A DNA stretch of 39,386 nt from contig JBFMGU010000081.1 in the NCBI GenBank assembly GCA_040752415.1, positions 1 through 39,386 of the forward strand. The letters run 5' to 3'. Both the position numbers and the translations under genes were made by a program. The notes beneath the pieces were generated by a model. The model was not told the DNA's origin, did no database searches, and saw only the letters and a list, made by a program, of their open reading frames with translations. Positions within the stretch are counted from its first letter, which is position 1. Every line of letters starts with the position of its first letter. The stretch comes from Myxococcota bacterium. GTDB taxonomy: Bacteria; Myxococcota; JACRCW01. This document shows positions 18,206 to 26,709 of this stretch, piece by piece.

Positions 18206-19183
18206 ATGGAGCAGGCATCAGCGGTTGGCGGAGACGTGACACCCATTCCCGCCGTCGTCATCGGCGTGGGACACCTGGGGAAGCACCACGCGCGCATCTA
18301 CAAGGAGCTGCCGGACAGCCGGCTGGTGGGCGTGGTCGACGCCAGCGAAGACACCGCGCGCACCATTGGCAAGCAGCTGGATGTCCCCTGGGCCACCTCG
18401 CCACAGCAGTTCATGGACCAGGCGGCGGCGTTCTCCGTGGTGGTGCCCACGGTGCATCACTTTGACGTGGCGCGCCCGCTGCTGGACGCCGGCAAGCACG
18501 TGCTCATCGAGAAGCCCATGGTGCTCAACCTGGAGCAGGCGCGGGAGCTGCACCGTCTCAGCGCGGAGCGGAACCTGATCCTGCAGGTGGGTCACATCGA
18601 GCGGTTCAACAGCGCCATCCTCGCCGCCAAGGAGCACGTGAAGGACCCGCGCTTCATCGAGGTGCACCGCCTGGGGCCGTTCCCGGAGCGCGCCACCGAC
18701 GTGGGCGTGACGCTGGACCTGATGATCCACGACATCGACATCATCCTCAGCCTGGTCAACAGCCCCGTCACCGACATCCGCGCCATGGGCGCGCGCGTCA
18801 TCACGCGGCACGAGGACATTGCCAATGCGCGCCTGGAGTTCGCCAACGGCTGCGTGGCCAACCTCACCGCGTCGCGGCTGACCATGTCGCGCATGCGCAA
18901 GATCCGCATCTTCCAGGGCGACAGCTACATCTCCATCGACTACGCGAAGCAGTCGTTCGCGGTCTTCCAGAAGAAGGTGGAGTTCCCCAAGAGCCTCAAG
19001 GACATTGCGCTGAAGCGCCCTCGGGTGGCGAAGGGCGAGAGCCTCAAGCGGGAAATCAGTCACTTCCTGCAGTGTATCCGCAGCGGTCGCGAGCCGGTGG
19101 TGGGCCCCAAGGAAGGCGCGGATGCCCTGGCGGTGGCACTGCAGATCGTCCAGAAGATCCACGAGAGTGGCGGACTGCGCTGA
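18206..19183 (+). CDS. Gfo/Idh/MocA NAD-dependent oxidoreductase (GnnA-like sugar-nucleotide dehydrogenase)
   Basis: VIGVGHLGKHHARIY, HVLIEKP, QVGHIERFN, LDLMIHDIDI, ANLTASR. Confidence 0.85.
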   Translation: MEQASAVGGDVTPIPAVVIGVGHLGKHHARIYKELPDSRLVGVVDASEDTARTIGKQLDVPWATSPQQFMDQAAAFSVVVPTVHHFDVARPLLDAGKHVLIEKPMVLNLEQARELHRLSAERNLILQVGHIERFNSAILAAKEHVKDPRFIEVHRLGPFPERATDVGVTLDLMIHDIDIILSLVNSPVTDIRAMGARVITRHEDIANARLEFANGCVANLTASRLTMSRMRKIRIFQGDSYISIDYAKQSFAVFQKKVEFPKSLKDIALKRPRVAKGESLKREISHFLQCIRSGREPVVGPKEGADALAVALQIVQKIHESGGLR

Positions 19184-19248
19184 GCGCACGAAGTTGTGCT
19201 GGACGGGTCACCACGGGTGGCCGACTACGCCGGACGCGAGCAGGGCGC

Positions 19249-22200
19249 CTACGGCGCGGGGATCATCAGGCAGTAGAAGCCGCGCTCGTCAAAGCAGGAA
19301 CCGGCGTTGGGGGCGGCTGCCCAGGCTCCGTCGGTGGCGGAGGTCAGGCCCACCGTGCCGAATGAGCCCAGTTGCCCGTCCATCCACTCATTGCAGTCGA
19401 CTCCGCTGGGGGTTCCCTGCGGCGTGCTGCCGGTCCACACCTCCACGTCCCTGGGCGAGTAGAACGTGGTCCCGTCCGAATTGACCGTGTAGTCGAGCGG
19501 AAGGTTCATGGGCACGGCGTGGGACGCGGAGAGGAACTCACTGACACCCGCAGCAATGAGCGCCCCGTCCGGCCGCCTGAAGGGGCCCGACACGCCGATG
19601 AGCTGGTCCGCCATGCTGGATTCCGGCTTCGAGACCAAGGCCACCACAGTCGGGTACCGCACGGTACCCAGCAGGCCGAGCCTCTGCGCGTCGTCCTGAC
19701 AGAGCAGGTCTGCGCGCGTCGGGTCGGGAAGCCCGTTGACGAAGTTGTAGCGCCAGAAGCCGTGGTCTCCGTACCACCCGACGTAGACAATCGCGCCGTC
19801 CACGCAGCGGCGCGAGGGGTCCGGCCCAGGTTGCCAGATGCACACCGTGCCGCCGGTGCACGCCGCGTGGGAATTGCACCGGGCCCCAATGCCGCAGGGG
19901 CCGCACGTGCCTCCGCAGTCCACGTCCGCCTCTTGCCCGTTGTGAATGCCGTCGGTGCAGCTCGGGGCCTGGCAGGTGTTGTCGGCGCCGCAGATGCCGT
20001 CCAGGCAATCCTCGGGCACGGTGCATGGTGCTCCCTGCAGGCATTTGACGAACTCGCGGCACGCGGGACCGCCGCAGTCCAGGTCTGACTCGCCGACGTC
20101 GAGCTGGCCGTTGTAGCAGGCGTCGTTACCGTAGCAGGCGTTCTCATCGCCGGGGCAGCCGTTGGGGTCTTCCGCGCACGGGACGAGGACCGGGTTGCAG
20201 CGATAGGTGATGCAGTCGTCCGGTACGTTGCAGCGCGAGCCCGAGGTGCACAGGTCGGGGCAGCCCCGGCCGCAGTCCACGTCCCCCTCCTGGCCATTGC
20301 GGATGCCGTCGGTGCATGAGTACCCCAGGGTGCACTCCCCGCCGGTGCACGACAGCGTGGCGCAATCCAGGGGATCCGCGCAGGCCTGGCCCAGCTGGCA
20401 GCCGTCGCAGGGGCCTCCGCAATCCACGTCGCTCTCCCCGCCATTGCGCACGTTGTCGGTGCACGTGGGCTGGGTGCAGTGGCGGTCAAAGCAATATCCG
20501 CTCTCACAATCCCCGTCGACGACGCACAGCTTGTCCACGGCGCACTTCCGCGTGCAGGAGCCGCCGCAGTCCCGGTCCGTCTCGTCGCCATTCTGGCGGT
20601 TGTCATCACACGCCGGCGCACTGCACTGGTTGGTGCTCAGGTTGCACACCGAGCTCAAGCAGTCCCCGCTCCACGTGCACGGGCTGCCCGTGGGACAGCC
20701 GCGCATGCACTCGTCGTAGCCGCAGTCCACGTCCATCTCCAGGCCGTTCTTCACGCCGTCCAGGCACGACGGGGCGCTGCAGTACTGCCCCCCACACACG
20801 CCGCTGGCGCAATCGTCGTCCACGGTGCATTGGTCGCCATCCTCGCACGGCGCGGGACACGAGCCGCCGCAGTCCACGTCCGTCTCGCCGCCGTTGTGGC
20901 GCCCGTCGTCGCAGGCCGGTGGCGCGCACAGGTTCCCCGCACAGGCGCCGCTGACGCAGTCAGGGTCCGCCGTGCACGCTTTCCCGTCCGCGCACGGCGA
21001 GCAGCTTCCACCGCAGTCCACGTCGGTCTCGGTGCCGTTCCTGAGCTGGTCGGTGCAGCCGGCGCCCAGGCAGTACCCCTGTGGCCCACACGTGCCCACG
21101 GCACAGTCGGCGGTGCTGAGGCAGCCCTGGCCAACGTTGCACCGGTTGGGGCAGCTCCCACCGCAGTCCACGTCGGTCTCTCCGGGGTTGCGGCGTCCAT
21201 TGGCGCACGCCTCGGCGCAGCGGCCACCGGTGCACAGCTCGCTGGCGCAATCCGCGTTCACGCGGCAGAACCTGCCCGACGCACACGGGGCGCAGAAGGC
21301 GCCGCAGTCCACGTCGCCTTCGTTGTTGTCGCGCAGGCCGTTGGCGCAGCGGGGTGACTCACAGGTCTTGACCCCGTTGGTCTCGACGCAAATCAGGCTG
21401 TCCGCGCAATCCCCATCCGCCACGCATCCGCGGCCATCACCGCAGCGCAGACACCGGTCGCCGCCGCAGTCCACGTCGGTCTCCGGCCCGTTCCTTGCGC
21501 GATCCGCGCAGGAGTCCGGTGCCGACGCGCACCGCCCGGTCAGCGCGCTGCACGCGCCACTTTCGCAGTCGGCGTCCGACCTGCAGGAGAACCCCACGCT
21601 GCACAGCCGTGGACACACCGCGCCGCAGTCCAGCGAGGCCTCGTCGCCGTTGTGGATGCCGTCCGTGCAGCTGGGGCCCGCGCAGATGCGCAGGTTGGGC
21701 GGGATGAGCTCGCAGATTCCCGACTGGCAGTCGTACGCGGTTTCACAGTTCGCATTGATGGGACACAGGACGCGGCACACCCCAGCGCAGTCGACCCCGA
21801 CCTCCCCCGGTCCCTGAATCCCGTCGTCGCAGGTGCTCTCCGCGCACAGCCCGTTGGTGCCGCACACCAGGCCGTTGCGGCAGTCCCAGCGCTCCGCGCA
21901 CTTCTGGCCCACGCCGCACCCGCCGCAGGAGCCGCCGCAGTCCACGTCGGTCTCGTCGTAGGCCGGTGTGATGCGTTTGTCCTGGCAACCGTTGCTCGTG
22001 CAGAAGTGCCCGTCCCAGTAGGCGGTGCTGCACCCCAGGGGGTCGCTGCTGGCCTCGCCGTGACGGCACTTGCGGCAACTCCCGCCACAGTCGACGCCGG
22101 TCTCGTCGGCGTCCTGGACACCATCTTCACAGTGGTTCGCGGTGCACTTGCCCGGTACCGGCTGCCCGTCGACGACCCTGGGCGCGATGCAATATCCAGC

Positions 22201-24171
22201 GGCGCAGTCGCCGGCCACCTTGCACCGCGCATCAGCCTGCGCACACGGGGCACACGAGCCGCCACAGTCGGTATCCGTCTCGTCGCCGTTGCGCCATCCG
22301 TCACCACACGAGCTCTGGCTGCAGGTGTCCCCGGAGCAGTAGAGCGCGCCGGCACAATCCGAGCCGAACTCACAGGGGGAGCCCGCAGGACAACCACCGC
22401 ACCCGCCGCCGCAGTCGACCCCCAGCTCGTCGGGGTCGAGCTGCCCGTTGGCGCAGGAGGACCGGCAGTACCCGATCCCGTCGCTGGTGTATTCCCGGCT
22501 CCACAGCTCCCATTCGTGGTTCCACAGCTCCGCCACCGTCTCCACGCCCGCCGTGGTGGCCGTGGTGCCACCGAGACTGGAGCCCGGCGCCTGGAGCCGC
22601 GCACCCGCCTGCAGTCCCATGTTGAAGGCGAGCGAAAGCTCCGTGGTGCCCAGCGGGTCGGTGTCCCGGGCCGGGACGCACGCCTCGTCGTATTCCAGTC
22701 TGCCCACCAAGGACCCGCGCAGGCCGGCGTTGATGCCCACGGCGTCATAGGCGAAGACGTTGAAACGGGGAATCAGGCCACACGCAAGCTCCACCCGCGC
22801 GTTGAAGCGGGCGCTCTCGACGTCGACGGTGGCGTCGAACTCGAACCCGGGCCCGTCCGCCATGCTCATGCCGTCGTCGGAGTCGTAGCGGACCCAGAAG
22901 TCCAGGCTGGAGTCCGCCACCACGTGAAAGGTCGACTTCAGGCCGCCGGCCACCGCGGCGCCGCACTCGAGGTCTACCTGCGTGGTCATGACCAACACCA
23001 CGGGCACGGGGCCGGCCATCACCGTCTTGTAACGCGGCTTGGACAGGTAGATGACCCTCCGGAACCCTCCGACGGGGCGCACGTCGGCACCCAGGAGCGC
23101 TTCGCGCGCGCTGTTCTCGATCTCTTCCCGCAATGGACCGGAGATCGGGTCGCCGTCCTCGGTGCGCACGCCCGCGGTGACATCCAGGTCCACGTCCAGG
23201 TCCGCCTTGAAGGATGCCTCCAGGTCAGCCTGCACGTGAAAAGGTTCTGCGCCGGGGACCACGGGGACCACCACCCTGACGCTCATCCCCGGGTCAAAGC
23301 GCACGCTGCCCACCGCGTTCACGTACCCCTCGGCAAAGACCACAAAGGACGACTGCCGGTCCTTGGTTGGGTACTGTTTCTGCACCCTCCCCTCGAGGAC
23401 CCGGCCGTCAAAGTCCTTCACAACCTCGTCGCCAATGGAGGATTCAGCGCGAACGGTGCCGGTGAGCAGCGCACCGGTGACCGTGTCCCAGACACCCACC
23501 ACGGCGTCGGAGATGTCCTCGAAGAAGTCGAGCAGCGGCTGGTTGAGGCTGCTTCCTTCCTGGACCGGCTCGCCGGGAGGCAGACGTCCGGGCTCGTAGG
23601 CCACGTCGCGCTTCATGGCCAGGTCGCTGGGGGCGGCGCTGGTGTAGTACCGCGCGCCCAGCCAGCCCAGGTCCAGGCCATTGATGTCCACCTCCACCGT
23701 GCCCGCGAAGTCGAGGGTGGCCTGCATGTCGCCGGCGATGACCTCGTCGAGGCCGACGCGGGTGGTCTCCACGGTGATGAGGTCGTTTTCTTCGGTCACG
23801 CGCTGGACGCGCCGTGCAAAGCCGAACGGATTCTTGTTGTTGGTCACGGACGGCGCGCTCACGACGAGGCGACCGGCTGCCCAGCTCAGAACGTCCTCGT
23901 TGCCGGCGCGCGGAAACACCAGGGTGTCATCCCCCACCACGGCGGAGTCCGTCTGCGCCTGGGACACGGGCTCCACCCAGGGCCGGGGTACCAGGCGGTT
24001 GAAGTCCTCACCACGGGGCGGGTGGGTTGCCGCCTGGCGGTCCGAGACCGTTGTGGATTCCTTCACGATCAACGCCTCGGACGGGCCAGCGTCCGACGGA
24101 GGGACGGTGGTGGGTCCTGGGCACTGACACGCGGCGACGAGGAACACGACGGCGAAGGGCAGGCGCCTCAT
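19249..24171 (-). CDS. Giant Cys-rich repeat lipoprotein (17 E-x-D-x-DCG-x-x-C-type repeats) with C-terminal DUF1554/endostatin-like domain
   Basis: Lipobox LVAAC; beta-rich N-terminal region; 17 repeats such as NGDETDTDCGGSC; C-terminus ADLLCQ...RPDG...VWTGS..G...CNEW...FYC. Confidence 0.8.
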   Translation of the reverse strand: MRRLPFAVVFLVAACQCPGPTTVPPSDAGPSEALIVKESTTVSDRQAATHPPRGEDFNRLVPRPWVEPVSQAQTDSAVVGDDTLVFPRAGNEDVLSWAAGRLVVSAPSVTNNKNPFGFARRVQRVTEENDLITVETTRVGLDEVIAGDMQATLDFAGTVEVDINGLDLGWLGARYYTSAAPSDLAMKRDVAYEPGRLPPGEPVQEGSSLNQPLLDFFEDISDAVVGVWDTVTGALLTGTVRAESSIGDEVVKDFDGRVLEGRVQKQYPTKDRQSSFVVFAEGYVNAVGSVRFDPGMSVRVVVPVVPGAEPFHVQADLEASFKADLDVDLDVTAGVRTEDGDPISGPLREEIENSAREALLGADVRPVGGFRRVIYLSKPRYKTVMAGPVPVVLVMTTQVDLECGAAVAGGLKSTFHVVADSSLDFWVRYDSDDGMSMADGPGFEFDATVDVESARFNARVELACGLIPRFNVFAYDAVGINAGLRGSLVGRLEYDEACVPARDTDPLGTTELSLAFNMGLQAGARLQAPGSSLGGTTATTAGVETVAELWNHEWELWSREYTSDGIGYCRSSCANGQLDPDELGVDCGGGCGGCPAGSPCEFGSDCAGALYCSGDTCSQSSCGDGWRNGDETDTDCGGSCAPCAQADARCKVAGDCAAGYCIAPRVVDGQPVPGKCTANHCEDGVQDADETGVDCGGSCRKCRHGEASSDPLGCSTAYWDGHFCTSNGCQDKRITPAYDETDVDCGGSCGGCGVGQKCAERWDCRNGLVCGTNGLCAESTCDDGIQGPGEVGVDCAGVCRVLCPINANCETAYDCQSGICELIPPNLRICAGPSCTDGIHNGDEASLDCGAVCPRLCSVGFSCRSDADCESGACSALTGRCASAPDSCADRARNGPETDVDCGGDRCLRCGDGRGCVADGDCADSLICVETNGVKTCESPRCANGLRDNNEGDVDCGAFCAPCASGRFCRVNADCASELCTGGRCAEACANGRRNPGETDVDCGGSCPNRCNVGQGCLSTADCAVGTCGPQGYCLGAGCTDQLRNGTETDVDCGGSCSPCADGKACTADPDCVSGACAGNLCAPPACDDGRHNGGETDVDCGGSCPAPCEDGDQCTVDDDCASGVCGGQYCSAPSCLDGVKNGLEMDVDCGYDECMRGCPTGSPCTWSGDCLSSVCNLSTNQCSAPACDDNRQNGDETDRDCGGSCTRKCAVDKLCVVDGDCESGYCFDRHCTQPTCTDNVRNGGESDVDCGGPCDGCQLGQACADPLDCATLSCTGGECTLGYSCTDGIRNGQEGDVDCGRGCPDLCTSGSRCNVPDDCITYRCNPVLVPCAEDPNGCPGDENACYGNDACYNGQLDVGESDLDCGGPACREFVKCLQGAPCTVPEDCLDGICGADNTCQAPSCTDGIHNGQEADVDCGGTCGPCGIGARCNSHAACTGGTVCIWQPGPDPSRRCVDGAIVYVGWYGDHGFWRYNFVNGLPDPTRADLLCQDDAQRLGLLGTVRYPTVVALVSKPESSMADQLIGVSGPFRRPDGALIAAGVSEFLSASHAVPMNLPLDYTVNSDGTTFYSPRDVEVWTGSTPQGTPSGVDCNEWMDGQLGSFGTVGLTSATDGAWAAAPNAGSCFDERGFYCLMIPAP

Positions 24172-24304
24172 GGCCAGCAACTGTACACACCGCACCGCTG
24201 TGTTCAAACGGCCGGGGGATTGCTGGTCGCCCTGTCTCCCGGAGGCACCGGGACCGATGCGGTGAGGAGCCGCGAGCCGGAACCCCTGCTCACCTGTTGC
24301 TGCG

Positions 24305-25483
24305 TCAACCGCTGAGGGCCGCCCGCGTCCACTCCAGCTCCGCGGCCATTCCCTCCGTCGTCAGGTAGCGCGCATCCACCTCCACCTCCAGGTGCTGCGT
24401 GGCCGCCACGGTGCCCAGCCAACGGGTCAGCGTGAGGAGCTGCGGCGTGGTGGCACGGATGACGTCGTCATGGCGCTCCGCGCTGGGTGGCAGGTGCACG
24501 CGCGCGCGGTAGACGCGGCCAGCTCCCTCGGTGCGGGCACGGTCCACCAGCTCGCTGACGTCGGCGTGGCGCGTGGTCCGGCTGGAGCGCTGCTCCACCA
24601 CCTGCACCGGCCTTCGGTCGTCCGCCAGCGTGCGCAACGCGTCCAACGCGCCCTCCCACGACGAGGCCGACACCTCCGCGCACACGCCCAGCTGCACCTT
24701 GGCCACCTGGATGCCCGCGTGCAGCATGGCGCCCACCACCTTGCGCGGCTCCTCCCATCCCGCGGCCGCGTGGGCGGCATCCACGCACACACCCAGGTGA
24801 CGACGGAGAATGGGCTCCGCGGTGGCACGGTTGCAGCCGCTGACCTGCAGCAGGCGACGGATGGCGCCGCGCGAGAACAGGTGGTTCTCGAAGAAGCCCA
24901 CGGTGTCCGAGGCGTTGTCCAGCAGGCAACACGGCTCCGGCTCCAGCGCCGCCACGACGATGCGACCGCTCTCCTCCCAAAGCCGATGCAGCGACGCCGC
25001 CAGTCGCACCAACCGCTCCACCAGGGCTTCCACGTCGGAAGTGGTACGCAGCCGGGAGCGCAACGCGCCGGGCACGGTGGAGATGCTGCCGGTCAGGGAG
25101 GGCATTCCCGACGGGAGCAGCGCAGCCAGCAGGGAGGCGAGTCGTTCCGTGTAGAAGAGGCGCGCCTCGTCCAGCCAGTCGGGGAGGTAGACGTCCTGCT
25201 TGCCGCGCAGCGCGCCAAACGTGGCGCCGTGGAGCGTGAACACGTACAGGGCGTGCTCCTCCAGCCAGGCGCGAAAGGCCGCCATCTCGTCGGGAACGGC
25301 CAATTGCTCAGCGGCCACCGCGCCCAGGCGCAGACCCAGGCCCACGGGCGCACCCGGTGAGACGCGTTGCTTGATGGGCAGGGCGTGCTCCTTGAGGGCG
25401 CGCAGGATCTCCGGCCAGGTCTCGCCGCCATGGACGGCGGACAGCCAGGTGAGATGGGGTTGCCCGGCAATCTGCAGCTTCAT
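24305..25483 (-). CDS. eboE: EboE-like xylose-isomerase-like TIM-barrel protein (degenerate motifs)
   Basis: GLGLRL, VYLPDW...RL.YT, GSISTVP, LEPEPCC, HLGVC.D..H, KVQL, HLEVE. Downstream of the EboD-like gene with ATGA overlap. Confidence 0.75.
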   Translation of the reverse strand: MKLQIAGQPHLTWLSAVHGGETWPEILRALKEHALPIKQRVSPGAPVGLGLRLGAVAAEQLAVPDEMAAFRAWLEEHALYVFTLHGATFGALRGKQDVYLPDWLDEARLFYTERLASLLAALLPSGMPSLTGSISTVPGALRSRLRTTSDVEALVERLVRLAASLHRLWEESGRIVVAALEPEPCCLLDNASDTVGFFENHLFSRGAIRRLLQVSGCNRATAEPILRRHLGVCVDAAHAAAGWEEPRKVVGAMLHAGIQVAKVQLGVCAEVSASSWEGALDALRTLADDRRPVQVVEQRSSRTTRHADVSELVDRARTEGAGRVYRARVHLPPSAERHDDVIRATTPQLLTLTRWLGTVAATQHLEVEVDARYLTTEGMAAELEWTRAALSG

Positions 25484-26709
25484 GCACCAGCCTCCCGCTC
25501 CCGGAGCTTCTGCAAGGCGTCCAGCATCAACGCCTCGTCGACGTCGTGAACGCAGGTGCCTTCGCCGATCCTGCGCAGCAGGGTGAGGGTCAGCTCGCCG
25601 CCGGTCTCCTCGCGGAACTCCCCCAGTCCCTCCAGGACGCGCGGCTTCCCGTCGGGACGACGCACCTCCAGCGACTCATCCCAGAGCCGGAAGCCCAGCT
25701 GGGAGAGCGTGTGCAGCACCGCGTCGGTGACGTCGGGCTCGCACAGGCCCACGCGCTGCGCGTAGGTGGTGTCCAGTGCCATGCCAATGGCCAGCGCTTC
25801 ACCGTGTCGCAAACCGCCCTTGCTCAGGGACACCAGCTTGTGCGCCGCCCATTGTCCCAGCGCCAGCGGCTGCGCGCTGTACTGCTCGAATGCGTCGTTG
25901 CCGATGGCCACGTGGTGCAGGTGCAGCTGCGCGGTGCGCTGGATGAGCAGGGAGAGCGCCTGTTCATCACCCTGGGCCAGCGCCGTGGCGCGCTCACGGA
26001 TCCATCCAAAGAACGCGCCGTCCTTGAGCAGCGCGGCCTTCACCGCCTCCGCCAGCCCTCCCAGCCGCTCCCGACGGGGCAACGTCTCCAGCAGCAGGAT
26101 GTCATTGAGCACGGCAAAGGGAGGCCAGAACACGCCGTGGAAGTCCTTGCGGCCAAACGCGTTGATGCCGTTCTTGATGCTGACGCCGGACACGCTCTGC
26201 GAGAGCACCGTCGTGGGAACGCGCACCACGCGCAGTCCGCGGTGCGTGATGGCCGCCGCATAGCCGGCGGTGTCGAGGAGCGCGCCACCGCCCACCACCA
26301 GCACCACGCTGTGCCGATCCATGGACAGCTCGCACAGCTTCCGCAGCAAGGACTGGAGCGCGCCCGCGTCGTTCTTGATGGTCTCCCCGCCGTCCATGAC
26401 CATGGGCGCGGCCAGCATCAAGAGCCGGTCGCGGTGCTCGGAGAAATACCGGTGCATGCGGGGCTGCAGGTCGCCCACCGCCTCCGCCACGCCGCGGTCC
26501 AGCACCACCAGCACGCGGTGTCGTCGAGAAGGCTCCTTGCGCGAGATGGCGTCCGCCAGGCGCGTGTTGGAGGGAGCAAACACGTCGCGCGTGAAGTGGA
26601 CGGGGAAGTCAAAGCCCACCTGCAGCGTCTGCAACAGCTGGGGCACCGTGCCATGCGTGCGTCCCGGGTCGCGCGGACGTCCCGGCGGAGGGGTGGGGGT
26701 GCGCATCAT
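25480..26709 (-). CDS. 3-dehydroquinate synthase-like sugar-phosphate cyclase (EboD-type), degenerate active site
   Basis: FPVHFTRDVF, GGETIKN, DRHS, GGGALLD, RVPTTVL, KNGIN, EAVK, WAAHKL, RHGEA, GLGEFRE..GG.LT.TLL. Confidence 0.85.
   Translation of the reverse strand: MMRTPTPPPGRPRDPGRTHGTVPQLLQTLQVGFDFPVHFTRDVFAPSNTRLADAISRKEPSRRHRVLVVLDRGVAEAVGDLQPRMHRYFSEHRDRLLMLAAPMVMDGGETIKNDAGALQSLLRKLCELSMDRHSVVLVVGGGALLDTAGYAAAITHRGLRVVRVPTTVLSQSVSGVSIKNGINAFGRKDFHGVFWPPFAVLNDILLLETLPRRERLGGLAEAVKAALLKDGAFFGWIRERATALAQGDEQALSLLIQRTAQLHLHHVAIGNDAFEQYSAQPLALGQWAAHKLVSLSKGGLRHGEALAIGMALDTTYAQRVGLCEPDVTDAVLHTLSQLGFRLWDESLEVRRPDGKPRVLEGLGEFREETGGELTLTLLRRIGEGTCVHDVDEALMLDALQKLREREAGA

Noticed and set aside
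19249..19800. Lectin-like C-terminus as a diversity-generating retroelement target
   Set aside because: No reverse transcriptase and no template repeat were seen in the window.
19800..22460. Recurring CCGCAGTCCACGTC-like DNA repeats resembling a CRISPR array
   Set aside because: They are codons for the ETDVDCGG protein repeat, are degenerate, are spaced over 100 bp apart, and no cas genes are present.
25480..26709. Calling this gene aroB or a mycosporine DDG synthase
   Set aside because: Its motifs and eboE neighbour indicate the EboD clade, key catalytic residues are altered, and no aroK or ATP-grasp ligase is adjacent.
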